Below the pieces are notes generated by a model. The model was not told the DNA's origin and did no database searches. It saw only the letters and a program-made list of their open reading frames with translations. DNA of 62,613 nucleotides, the filler included, from Bonamia ostreae (taxonomy: Eukaryota): assembly GCA_040357525.1 (NCBI GenBank). It is 34 parts of 34 records of this genome, joined end to end, with 100 filler letters (N's around TTAATTAATTAA, not from the genome) between each part and the next. Parts side by side here need not be neighbours in the genome. Positions count along the whole stretch, not along the records: positions 1 to 1,761 come from JBDODL010001358.1; positions 1,862 to 3,618 come from JBDODL010001359.1; positions 3,719 to 5,474 come from JBDODL010001360.1; positions 5,575 to 7,330 come from JBDODL010001361.1; positions 7,431 to 9,185 come from JBDODL010001362.1; positions 9,286 to 11,040 come from JBDODL010001363.1; positions 11,141 to 12,894 come from JBDODL010001364.1; 27 more parts are not named here. One strand, given 5' to 3'. The translations under genes and the position numbers were made by a program. Of this stretch, positions 1 to 11,213 are shown piece after piece. Within the stretch, counting starts at the first letter, position 1; each line of letters starts with the position of its first letter.

Positions 1-44
1 TTAATAATTTCTTATTATTTATAAAAAAACTGATTTACAAAAAG

Positions 45-1156
45 GGATCGCACTGCACAACTCTCAGCTTTAGCCCAAATGATGCTAGATCCATTTTATC
101 GCACATTAAAAGGATTTTTGATTTTAATCACAAAAGAATTTTTATCGTTTGGACATATGTTTGGCGTTAGAAACGGCAATGCGTCAAAGGAAAACGGTTT
201 TTAAACAATTTGTTCAAATTTGAAATGACTAAAAAATCGATTTTAAAAACGATTTTTAAATTTGACTTAAAAATAGCAAACGGAAGATCTCCCATTTTCT
301 TACAATTTCTTGACGCAACTTATCAACTTTGTAACCAGTATCAGTTTTGTTTTGAATTCAATTCGATTTTACTGGAAAAAATCGCAGAGGAGTCGTTTTA
401 TTGCAAATATGGAACTTTTCTTTATAACAACGAAAAAGAACGAAAAGAAAAGAAACTGCGCTATAAAACAGTTTCTCTATGGACGTACATTTTAAGAAAT
501 CCAAAAGATTACACAAATGTTGCATTCACTCCCTTGAAGGATGTAATATTGCCCCCGAAAACATTAAGACATATCGTCGTATGGCCGTTTTACTATAGAC
601 AACACATGTTTTTAAGTTGACTAAAACTGAAAAAATAATATTTTTCGCTTCAAAAATTAAAATAAATGTTCAAAGATAAAATTTTATTTTAAAAAATAAA
701 AATCGTCTCAAAGTTAAAAAAATATTTGCAAAAATAAAAATCGTCTCAAAAAATAATCGTCTCAAAGTTAAAAAAAGATTTGAAAAATCGACTAAAAAAT
801 AACAATTGCAATTTTAACATTACTTTTTAAAATAACAATTATTCAAAAAGTGATAGCGACTACAGAATTCCTTTATCTTTCGTAATGTCCTTAAAATACG
901 AAAGCGATTTTTTGGCTTTAAACAACAAAATCAAAATTTTGGAAAAAGAGGTCGACCTAATCAAATCCAAAAACTCGAATCTAAAAAAGCAAATGAAAGT
1001 TTTAGTTTCTCAATTAAGACGTCGTCAGCTAAACCTAATGAAGAAAATGCGCTGGAAGAAAATTTCAAAGAAATAACACAAATGCTTCATCAGAAGGATA
1101 TACCGAAACAAAATAGAAGCGAAAGCTTTCTTCGCATGAAAAATTTTTTGTTTTAA
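45..1156 (+). CDS. Myotubularin-related phosphoinositide phosphatase, 3' part (spliced)
   Basis: Exon from 45 reads (W)[39 protein letters not shown], then [14 protein letters not shown]....FEFN and [12 protein letters not shown], all typical MTMR motifs. C-terminal coiled coil. GT-AG introns include a probable 20-nt one at 999-1018. Confidence 0.9.
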
Positions 1157-1268
1157 ACAACTCGATTTTTCAGCTTTTGCATATTTAAATTTTCGATCTT
1201 AAAAATTGCAAAAATGGCAAATTTCCCCTCTAAAATAGCAATTTTCGCTTTTTAAAAAAATCTCAAAA

Positions 1269-1761
1269 ATGAAAAGCGAATCGATAAAACACGACTTGAA
1301 GGAAAACTACACCTTCAAATCCTCCAAAGGCACCGAAACAAAAAATCTCGAAGAAACAGATTACAAAAATTTGACCGAAAAGGAAAAAGCGGTTGAGAAC
1401 CATATGATCGGAATGGGTTTTCAAACTGACAATCTAGTCAAAGAAATTACAAACGAACCAGACGCCACCGCGAAGAAAACGTTCGAGTTGACATTGGACC
1501 AAATTAAAAACGGCAAACCAAGTTTGGAAGACGCCAAAGTGCTCGGAAAAGACGATAATTTTTATGACAAAATTGTTTTTTACGACAATATTTTTTACAA
1601 CAAAAGCAAGGTTTGAAGCTCAAGCATACACACACGGAAAAGAGTGTTCACGAGAAAATGAGGGAGGTTCATCGGGTCATTAAGCAAAGCAAGGATTTGA
1701 AGCTTAGACATGTTTTGCCTCCGTTGCACCATCCTCCGAGCATGGTTATTTTTAAAATCGC
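1269..1761 (+). CDS. Putative WH2/thymosin-like actin-binding repeat protein (3' partial)
   Basis: ORFs 1269-1616 and 1613-1761 join through a GTTTTTT...AAAAG intron. Repeated LDQIKNGKPSL, KIQGLKLKHT and VIKQSKDLKLRHV motifs resemble WH2. Confidence 0.45.
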
Positions 1762-1861
1762 NNNNNNNNNNNNNNNNNNNNNNNNNNNNNNNNNNNNNNN
1801 NNNNNTTAATTAATTAANNNNNNNNNNNNNNNNNNNNNNNNNNNNNNNNNNNNNNNNNNNN
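1762..1861. other. Artificial contig linker (44N-TTAATTAATTAA-44N); 33 such linkers occur about every 1.85 kb
   Basis: Identical 100-nt spacer carrying stops in all six frames. Flanking contigs decrease steadily in length. Confidence 0.99.
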
Positions 1862-1950
1862 ATTTTCCAAACCGATTTACGTTTTTTTTTGCAAAATTGC
1901 AAAATTACAAAATTTACCAAAAATCTGTTTTAAAATCTCAATAAAATTAG

Positions 1951-2995
1951 ATGATCCGGACGAAGTGGCCGAAAATTTTGCCGGCCGATACATGTTGGAC
2001 AGCACAATGAAAAACCAAATCAAAGAACATTTGCAAAAATTTGTCGATTCCGAAGCCGTCGCTCGCAGGAAAAGACGCGAAGAACAAAAGAGCTTTAGAA
2101 TTTACAAAACGATTCCGATTTGGAATAAATGCTCGCTTAACTTGACTTTCAACTGCGACCCGGAAAAAATGTTCCGCCAAATTTTTCTCAATATCGAGAA
2201 AGACAACGAACAAAAAGTTGTCAATTCAAACATTTAAAAGTCCGAAAAAGACAAAATAAAAAAACCGGAAAAATTGGTAAAATTGGTAACCGAAAATTCG
2301 CTGTTCCACGTTTCAGAATTCACAAAAGAACACAGAAAAGAACTTTTAGATTTGCTCAAAATTAAAATTTCTGTTTTTCCTGTTTTCGACGTCGTTCGCG
2401 TTTTGATGTGCCACGACAAATTTGTCTCCGATTTCTGGTCCGATTTTGAGCTAAAAAATAAAGTTTTCGAGAGAATGGCAGATAGCAAAGATTTCTTGGA
2501 AATGGCGATGGCTTCGAAGATTTTGAGCAACTTTATCGCCAAAAAGAGGAAAAGACCGATGTTTTGAAAACCAATTTTGAAAATCAATTTGAAAGACTAA
2601 ACGACGAAGACATCGAAATAGCCAAACAAGTTTTGCGGTTGTTGGACAACTTTTACGCAAAATCGACGACACTCGAAAAAAGCAAACACTGCGGAATGTT
2701 CAGAAAATCGGTTGTCGTCGTCGGATCCAATTTGGCGATATGGACCGGAAGAGACAACTTGAACGGGCTTTTGGACGACTACAAAAAGTTGATGGCCGCT
2801 CTTTTGAGTTTTGCCGAAGAATTGACCGAAGAGAAAGTTCTCAAAATGGCCGTAACGACGATCGCGTCGCTTTTCCTGAAAATAGAAAAAATGGAGAAAA
2901 CAGACAAAAACGGGCTAAATTTGGCTCTGAGACTTGTTCAGAACTATCCGAATTTGAAGAATCTCGAAGAGGACTTGGAGAAGTTGATTGAGTAA
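1951..2995 (+). CDS. Hypothetical helical protein, 3' part (spliced, protist type)
   Basis: ORFs 1965-2237, 2274-2567 and 2564-2995 join in frame through short GTT...AAAG introns. No family recognised. Confidence 0.6.
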
Positions 2996-3096
2996 AAATT
3001 AAAAGAATTTAATTAAAAATCTGAAAATTATTGATATGAAAATCCCGCAAATTGCCGTTTTGATATAAAAATTGCATTTTCCTGATTTCTTTAACA

Positions 3097-3591
3097 TTAA
3101 AATATCGAAACTTGTTCGAACTTGAAAAGTCTTTTATTAACATTTTCGAAATGTTTTAACAAATTTTTGTTGTTTTGCCGAAATGCCAAATTTCCAACAT
3201 TCTGTTCTTCGCTTGAATCAGAAGCGTCCGAGTGCGTTTCGAGCAAAATTTCGCTGTCGCTTTTGATTTCTTTGTCCAAATAGTCTCCGCTTAAACTAGT
3301 CTCGCAGTTAGCCGATTCTTCGCTCAAATATAACAAATCGTCATCTGTGTCCTTAAAACGTAAAAATATAATTTTTAGTCTTTGAGATTATTAGATGTTT
3401 TAGGTAAAACAAGAAGTAACAAAAATCCGATTAATGGTTGTTTAAGAACTTTTATCGTTAGTCTTGAATTGTCGAATAGGTTTTTCTTGCTCGGCGACTT
3501 TTTCGAAGGGCTGAGAGGAAAGTCCCTCAAATAACTAAACAGTTCAATGTGGCCATACAGTTCAGCGTATTGAGAAGCTGTAACCCCTTTC
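3097..3591 (-). CDS. Ankyrin-repeat protein, 3' exons
   Basis: Minus strand reads KGVTASQYAELYGHIELFSYL (ankyrin-like) after a CAG acceptor, and is spliced to the acidic ORF 3097-3336. Confidence 0.6.
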
Positions 3592-4295
3592 TGAAATTTT
3601 AAAGCAATTTTCAGATTTNNNNNNNNNNNNNNNNNNNNNNNNNNNNNNNNNNNNNNNNNNNNTTAATTAATTAANNNNNNNNNNNNNNNNNNNNNNNNNN
3701 NNNNNNNNNNNNNNNNNNGATTGATCGCTATTCGTTATCTTCATGCTTTTCGTCTCACATGTTTTTTCGTGGGTCTTTGTTTGCCCTACTTTCAATCTTA
3801 TATTCTTTATGGTATTCATATGATTGATTATGCTACAAATCATAGTAAAATATTATTTCGCTTGAAGTAGACATTTTTTGAAAAAGAATTACCATCTCTA
3901 TAGGCATATTTCACTGTCAAGACGAACAACAATATTCATATACATGTACATGTATAATACTTTGTGACATCAGCAAGGTGAAATAAACAGGTCAATGTTA
4001 AGGTAAAATAAACAGGTCAATGATGGTTTCTATGTAATAATTTGTTGTCCTCGATATTACTTATAAAACAGGAGAAAAAGAACGATACTGACGTTTCCCT
4101 TTCTAACTTTCAGGTGATCAAAACAGCACCGCACTCCATGCAAATAAAACAAAACATTCTGAGCTTTGTATCAGGATTTTGAACCTTATTGTATTATAGA
4201 GGTAACGCAGTTTGCAGGAGAACGGTTGATACAACTAAAGTTGAGAAAACGTGGACGACTTCAGCGTAACGATCGCTAAACTAGAGGGCCCATAG

Positions 4296-4440
4296 CGGGT
4301 GTTACCGGTGAACAGCGGATACCCACTCCTCCGAGGTACCTGTTCCCACATTTGATGTGTTGAGGTGTTCATACTTGCTTTACCTCTTATTTTTGTACTC
4401 TGAATGAGATTTTTATGATTTATCACTGTTCGTTATCTTC
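4296..4440 (+). repeat. Dispersed host repeat (3' end of a Penelope-like retroelement); related copies at about 3719-3830, 9060-9185 and 54655-54775
   Basis: Shared motifs GGGTGTTACCGGT..CAG.GGAT...ACTCCTCC and GAT..ATCACTGTTCGTTATCTT recur in several host contigs. They resemble an abundant oyster repeat recalled from memory. Confidence 0.65.
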
Positions 4441-5046
4441 AAGTCTTTCACTTTCCACCAACTAGCATTAAATGTTTGATAAATACAGTAAAGGCATAAC
4501 ACTTCCAGACCAGCACAAACGTGCAAATACTAAAGGTTATATAAACATGTGAAGAAAGGTTATAAAGAACGTAAAAAGTCAAGAAACAACATGTGTCAGC
4601 TTGTATTGTCGAAACAACTAATTCATAGTGCTTTGAAAGGATTGTACAATGACATGGGTCAAACAGACAAGGACAGAACGTTTTTATTTTGATGACAGGT
4701 ACATTGGACAGGTGCTTAAAATATTTATTTTTTTTTAAGTCACTATTGGTAAGTATTCCATCTTCGTATTCCTTAGTATTTTGTTTCAATCATCTAACAT
4801 TAGCACCTTGCAAAAGGGGGACTCGATATCATATTAATGCTGACAGATCAGTAAACAAGAAATAAAGACAATACCGACGAAGAATGAACAGAGAGGATAC
4901 ATATGAATTTAACAGAGACATTCTAAAATAACCTCTTTGCATACTGTGGTGTCCGGCCAATGTTACATGATGATCAATATCTCCATTTTTAGAGCAAGGA
5001 AGATATAAATTAACTTCCAAATATCCCAACTGTTGTTATCTTTACT

Positions 5047-5254
5047 CTCTGTGGAATCGTTAGATTTCCTGGAGATCAATCTTTATGGATTTCATGGGCA
5101 CCCCTATCCTACGAATTTCAAACGACGAAATTTACAATTTATATAATGTTTCAATGTATAGAGATCATATACACGAAAATATATTGTAGCAGAACGGTAA
5201 CATCATTGGTAATTCACCAAAACTGACTCCCACGAATTTAAATAATTTCAACGT
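5047..5254. mobile_element. Degenerate MITE-like element (host)
   Basis: Imperfect terminal inverted repeats of about 40 bp (CTGTGGAATCGTTAGATTTCCTGGAGATCAAT.. and ..AACTGACTCCCACGAATTTAAATAATTTCAAC). Confidence 0.45.
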
Positions 5255-5574
5255 TCACTCTTCAGGTTACAATAAAGACAAGAGAGTGATACACTGCATA
5301 TTGAAATACTTTTCCATGCATATGATCACATGGATTAACAATACTGCAGCAGAACCTCTTGCTGACTGGAAGTAATAAAACCTATATGAGAATTTAAATG
5401 AATTATGTCGATTCAAACAGATGTAAAACTTATGCGTACAAACTTTGATGCCCCAGATGCGCGTATCGACAAATNNNNNNNNNNNNNNNNNNNNNNNNNN
5501 NNNNNNNNNNNNNNNNNNTTAATTAATTAANNNNNNNNNNNNNNNNNNNNNNNNNNNNNNNNNNNNNNNNNNNN

Positions 5575-5731
5575 TGTTCTTTTTTGTGATTGTACCGATA
5601 AGTACAAAATCGTCCGGGAAACCGACTTTGCAAGGGATATTTAGTATGTCGTTGTTACCACACTCGACGATTTGGATAGAGATAAAGACGAATAATAGAG
5701 ATCTTTTGACAATTTTTATAAACCTTTTCAT
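5575..5731 (-). CDS. N-terminus of a putative secreted protein (partial)
   Basis: MKRFIKIVKRSLLFVFISIQIVECG resembles a signal peptide. The ORF runs into the contig end. Confidence 0.4.
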
Positions 5732-6355
5732 TTCTTTATCAATTTATCTCCTATTTGTTATAAGTGTTGATGTTGTTTATTTTGTGGTTCTATTTAAAAG
5801 ATTTTGGATTAGAGTATTTTATATTTGTTAATTAGAGATTTGTTGTTTATCAATATTTGATTTATATTTTTATTAAATTGCAAGATAACAGTTTTGGCAA
5901 TGCAAAATAATCGTTTATTCGAAAGTCATATCTTTTCATTCCTTTTTTCAATCATCATCGATCTTCAATTTTATCTAAAATCAACATCAATCATTGGTAA
6001 TACCAACTTCCATTCTGTTACCTAATTTTCCTTCTAATTTTGATTTAAAAATTGAAAATATTCTAATTTTAATTTTCCTTCAATTTAAATTTATTTCTGT
6101 AAAAAAATTATCTTAAATTTATTTAAAATTAATAATTTTAAAATTAATTTTAAATAAGAAATTTATGCACAAATAATCGATAAATTTTCTGTAAAAGTTT
6201 CATCCAAATTGGTTTTCATTGCCTTTCAAATTACCTTTCAGCTTCGAATACAGAGAAAATTTGATTTTTGTAATTAAAAATTTTACAAATATGTACTTCA
6301 ACAAATAAAAATCGGGTAGTTAAAAATAACCAATATTTCGGCAGATTTATTTCAA

Positions 6356-7330
6356 ATGGACCTGCAGTTGAAAATTTTTAATGAAATAAAGTCAAACGGT
6401 TTTGAAATATTAAAGAGACTTAAATCGACGGACCAAAATTCTTTTCTTTATAAAAGTCGATTTTCAAATAAAAACAATTTTAGAATCTTTGCGATTTAAT
6501 CGTTCAAAATTAATTTTAGAATTTAAATTTAACTAATTTGAAGTTGCGACACAAACTTTGCAATCTTTCAATAAATATAATAAATTTAATCAGCCAAAGA
6601 AACTAATACAAGCGAGATATTTATTGCAAGAGTCTATCATAATGTCGAAAGGCACTCTTCAATTGGATATTTATTCACGGAAAATATTTTGACAGAAAGA
6701 GATATTATAAAAACATGTGACAGTCCTTACATAGCTGAATTCAAAACATTTTTTCCAACCAATAACTTTTACTGTTTAGTTACTCGTTATTTTGATAATA
6801 TTGCGATAAAGTTTTTGAATTTGTAATTAAAGCGACTTTTTGAAGAATCACGTAATAAGTTCATCAGCAAAAAGTTTGAAGTTTTTATAAAAAGGAATTT
6901 TGATTGCAGAAATTGTAATGGCAATGAATAACGTACACAGAAACGGATATTTTATTAAAAATTTGTCAATTGAAAATGTTTTGATCCAGCAAAATGGGCA
7001 TATTTTGTTAACTTCCTTCATTTTTTCAGAAAGAAGAAACGATGTTGAAGAGATTCAATCGGGAATTTCATATCAAAACAAATTGGAAATTGGTTTTTTC
7101 GACGTACAAAATTTTTTAAGCAGGATTTATTGGAAAAAGTATTAAAAACTGAATTTTATAATGTTAAAAAAGCGCCAGAAATAATTGAACACAAACATTA
7201 TAACAAATCAGTTGATTATTGGTCGTTAGGAATGTTAATTTACAAAATTTATGAGAAAAAATATCCTTTTAATATTGAAGAAGGACATTCTATAGAAAAG
7301 TTTGGAGAAATAGAATTTTTTAAAATAAAA
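6356..7330 (+). CDS. AGC-like protein kinase, probable pseudokinase (3' partial, spliced)
   Basis: Motifs RDIIKTCDSPYI, IAEIVMAMNNVH, ENVLIQQNGHILLTSF and APEII..YNKSVDYWSLGMLIY..YPF. Microintrons at 6811-6832 (22 nt) and 6874-6894 (21 nt). Confidence 0.8.
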
Positions 7331-7899
7331 NNNNNNNNNNNNNNNNNNNNNNNNNNNNNNNNNNNNNNNNNNNNTTAATTAATTAANNNNNNNNNNNNNN
7401 NNNNNNNNNNNNNNNNNNNNNNNNNNNNNNCGTGGGACTGGTGAAAATCAATAAAGTCGGATTGAAGTGATGATACACAGTATCTTCTTCTATTATACTA
7501 ACTCTAATAATCAGAGTTTCAATCATCAGTGCTAATAATCATCAGTAATAATAACTCGTGGTTTAAAGTTTACCATTTTTATTTCAGAACAAAAACATTT
7601 GAACAACAATTTGAACAATAAAGTTAACAACAATTTGAACAATTTGAACAGTTTTTAAGAAACACAGTTTTAACACAAGTCCACATTTTTTAAAGCCTGC
7701 ATAGTTTTTAAGTCAGCACATTTTTTTCACAAGTTTGATTTCACACAGTTTATCTCTCTCCTTGCTCAGTTTCCTTTCGTTTAGGGGGTACTGATTTGCT
7801 TCATTTCATGGAATTCTTCTCCTCCGGCTCTCTCGGCACGGACTTTGTGCTTGGTACCCACGCAATTCATAGCGACCGCCATTTCTTCAATTCCTTATG

Positions 7900-8030
7900 T
7901 CATTCACTAAACCAATGATGGAGCTGTCCACACTTGTAGCAGGGATCTTTGTCTTTAGCTTTCATGACTTTCTGCAGGCAATTTGGTGAGCATTTCCGAA
8001 CTGCCCCACACGCGTAGAACGGATTGGTGA
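7900..8030 (-). pseudogene. Degenerate tandem zinc knuckles (gag-like retroelement relic, host)
   Basis: Minus strand reads FYACGAVRKCSPNC...PCYKCGQLHHWFSE*, which is CCHC-like, within a frame interrupted by stops. Confidence 0.45.
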
Positions 8031-9285
8031 CTCTTTCCTTTCTTCCTGTAGATTAGGCAGGTGGTTGTTCCTTTTCTATGGGTTTTGATGCTGCTATTTC
8101 CTCCAATTATATTATCAGGATACATGTGTGCTTGGTAAAATCACCGCTCACGATATTTATTACGTTGCCAATCCCTTCTTAGGTGGTGGAACTGCTTGCA
8201 GAATCTTCCTTGGTCATGGGGAAATATACATGCCTACATCTATTCCCGTTGCAACTCGTGTTTCAGGAAAATAGAATCCTAGGCCAGGGTCGGTCGAATT
8301 TTGGTTGGATAGATAATCTGGGGTCTGAGCCATCTTCATCTGGTTGTCAATGTAGTCTTTATGTGGCTCCATCTGAATCATAACGTTTTCTTTCTTCTGA
8401 GCCCTGTTGACGACATATATTTGCTTCTGAGCCATATCTGGAGGCAGAATGAGCTATGATACTTGGTATCATCTTTATAGCCAGCAAAGATTTCTAGAGC
8501 ATTCTACTGTATCATGAAAAAATAACACAGTTTTACTGGAAAATCCTTTTGCATCATGGACAAAGTAGCTTTTATGGAAAAACACTGCGTCATGGGAAAT
8601 TGTATTCTCTGCACCTGTCACGAGTACGACGCACTGATGGGAATGCTAGTGACCTTAATACACTTGTATTGATATTTCAAAAAATGTTTAGAAGCTCTGA
8701 AAAGCGATGTTTTTTTTGTTTTATTCCAATAATCTCTTTGGCCAAATTCATAAAGTTCTATTACATCGTAAAAGTAAAAGGAGTAATGATATTGTCTAGT
8801 TCTCGAGCTCATCTACCAGGGAAATTCATCACATACTCTGGAACACATGTTATCAAATCCGGCCCAAAACATCTACCATACACTCCGATTGTTATAAATG
8901 TACGGCGTATTTTTTTTCAATCTAATGAATCCCGATTTTTTTTTTAATTCCGTTAGGCAGCGCGTAAAGCTGGTACATTAAAAACTGCAATACATTATTT
9001 TTCTAGTACCGTTATTTATAAAAAGATACAAAACGTTATTATCACGCCACGTTATAAGGGCACACGGGGGGGGTTACCCGTAAAACAGGGATGATTACGC
9101 CAACGGGGCCCCAGGTCGCATCTATGGTATGTACAGGGGTCTGGGGTTGTCCAATGCTAAGTTTGTGGTTTTTTTTTTAAGGAGTNNNNNNNNNNNNNNN
9201 NNNNNNNNNNNNNNNNNNNNNNNNNNNNNTTAATTAATTAANNNNNNNNNNNNNNNNNNNNNNNNNNNNNNNNNNNNNNNNNNNN

Positions 9286-9600
9286 TGAAATATTTTTTTT
9301 CGTTTTAAAACATTTTTTTTATTTTTTAAAACATTTTTTTGGTTTTTAAAACATTTTTTTGATTTTTAAGACATTTTTTTCGTTTTAAAATATTTTTTTG
9401 GTTTTTCAAACATTTTTTTATTTTTGAAATATTTTTTTTCGTTTTAAAACATTTTTTTTATTTTTTAAAACATTTTTTTATTTTTAAAACATTTTTTTTG
9501 GTTTTTAAAATAGTTTTTTTAATTTTTAAAACATTTTTTTTATTTTCAAAACATTTTTTATGCGTTTTTAAACTATTTTTTTGATTTTTGAAATATTTTT
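9286..9600. repeat. AT-rich minisatellite, unit about 20-21 bp (AAAACATTTTTTT core)
   Basis: About 15 degenerate units are directly visible. Confidence 0.9.
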
Positions 9601-9715
9601 AATTAACCATGTACAAGAAACATTCTTCAATATTCAAAATCGGAAAAGTAATAATATCGGAAGACATTTTAAAATTAATAATTTACAATATTTGATTTTA
9701 GCCACAGCAAATTAG

Positions 9716-9964
9716 CCAAACGATCAATCTTCCAAAACGAAGCATTACGGCCTACCAAGTTTTTGCCCAAGCAGGAGTTCAATGTTCCTCCATCCCGGAA
9801 ATGAAGCATTAGGAATTGGTCTAGGACTCAACCACGGTACCGCCATCTATGATTTTTATTTTTCCAACCCGGATAATTTGGTTTCCTCCTCCTTGTTCTC
9901 TACTGGGCAAAACTGGTCAGAGTTGGTTATAGCGGGTCCATCTTTACGCCTACTTAAGTTTTAA
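9716..9964 (+). CDS. Probable last exon of an unidentified gene
   Basis: 82 sense codons plus stop in a GC-richer open frame after a TAG acceptor (PNDQSSKTKHYGLPSFCPSRSSMFLHPG...LLKF*), convergent with CAP-H. Confidence 0.45.
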   Translation, partial: PNDQSSKTKHYGLPSFCPSRSSMFLHPGNEALGIGLGLNHGTAIYDFYFSNPDNLVSSSLFSTGQNWSELVIAGPSLRLLKF

Positions 9965-10084
9965 ATCCATCATTTAAAAAAAAGGTTTTTGTTGTTTTCT
10001 GTTATTTTTGGGATAAAAATTTTGAGATAAAAATGGCTTTTTACGATAAAAATGTGCACAACAAAAATTTTGAGTTAGTTTTAT

Positions 10085-10700
10085 TCATTGCAATTCGACA
10101 GTAAAATCATCTTCCAAAGATGGCGTTTTCAGTTCCAAACCGTTCTCGTTCGCTAAATGCAGCAAACAAACAAAACAATATTGAACCGACACCGATTCCA
10201 TCGATTTGTTCCTCTTTTTCATCAAAGAAACCGATTCTTTGAACGAAATTTTTTTGCCGCCCAAATTTTGATCACTCAATTTTTTATTTTTGTCCAAATT
10301 TTGATCACTTAAATTTTTATTTTTGTCCAAATTTTTATCACTTAAATTTGAATCTTCTTCACTATTTGCCATTTTTTCGTTAACATTATTTTCGTCAAAA
10401 GCTTTTGTTTCTTCGATAGCTTTTAACGACCTCCACAAATTGCTTTTTAGTTGCTGGACATCGACTTGGAAAAAGGAGCGGTTCTGTTGGTTAAAAGTCG
10501 ATGACTGTTCCGACAGAAGATTTTCGAACTGAGATTGGCTGAGCGGGTCAGAGTTGTTCGGCTCAAAATCGCCTTCTGAGTCGTCAGGCGCAAAATTGTC
10601 GTCTTGGTCGATTTCCGCGATGTATCTTCTGTCGTTTGGGTTATCGTAATTGTACCATCGCACGCTGCTGTCTTCTTGTAAGAGCGGTTCGTCCTTTTCT
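10085..10700 (-). CDS. NCAPH: Condensin I kleisin CAP-H/Barren, C-terminal exon
   Basis: VDVQQLKSNLW and SVQYCFVCLLHLANENGLEL match the Cnd2 C-terminal winged-helix signature. Confidence 0.9.
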
Positions 10701-10802
10701 TTTCCTTCTTTTTATAAAGTTGTTTTAAGTTGTTGTTATTTGGTTGTTGGCATTTTTTAATTGTTGACAAAATTTTATTTGTTGACATTTTTGTTGTTGC
10801 CA

Positions 10803-11040
10803 TTTTTTGTTGTCGACATTTTTAAGTTGTTTTTATTTTTTGTTGTTGTCGACATTTTTAAGTTGTTTTTATTTTTTTGTTGTTGTCGACATTTTTAAGT
10901 TGTTTTTATTTTTTTTGTTGTTGTCGACATTTTTAAGTTGTTTTTATTTTTTTGTTGTTGTCGACATTTTTAAGTTGTTTTTATTTTTTTTGTTGTTGTC
11001 GACATTTTTAAGTTGTTTTTATTTTTTTGTTGTTGTCGAC
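10803..11040. repeat. Tandem repeat, 36-38 bp unit, about 7 copies, probably intronic in CAP-H
   Basis: GTCGAC recurs at 10812, 10848, 10885, 10923, 10960, 10998 and 11035. Confidence 0.95.
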
Positions 11041-11213
11041 NNNNNNNNNNNNNNNNNNNNNNNNNNNNNNNNNNNNNNNNNNNNTTAATTAATTAANNNN
11101 NNNNNNNNNNNNNNNNNNNNNNNNNNNNNNNNNNNNNNNNAATTATTTTGAAATTTCTTTAATCAAAATATCACTTAATCAAAAATTATTGCCAAAATTC
11201 CGCAAAAAAAAAC

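Noticed and set aside
1806-1817. Regularly spaced TTAATTAATTAA palindromes, and ORFs ending in X...LIN
   Set aside because: These are assembly linkers flanked by Ns, not a biological repeat or CRISPR array.
6874-6894. All short 3n introns contain in-frame stops (apparent NMD selection)
   Set aside because: Ascertainment bias: introns were detected through frame disruption, so stop-free 3n introns would be missed.
9700-9975. Possible structured RNA or variant U1 (long-range CCAAGTTTTTGCCCA/TGGGCAAAACTGG pairing; AAAACTT complementary to AA|GTTTT)
   Set aside because: There are no U1-70K or U1A loops, AAAACTT is common in this AT-rich DNA, and an 82-codon plus-strand exon explains the GC content.
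10803-11040. CRISPR-like array of 36-38 bp repeats
   Set aside because: Units are contiguous with no unique spacers, there are no cas genes, and the context is eukaryotic intronic DNA.
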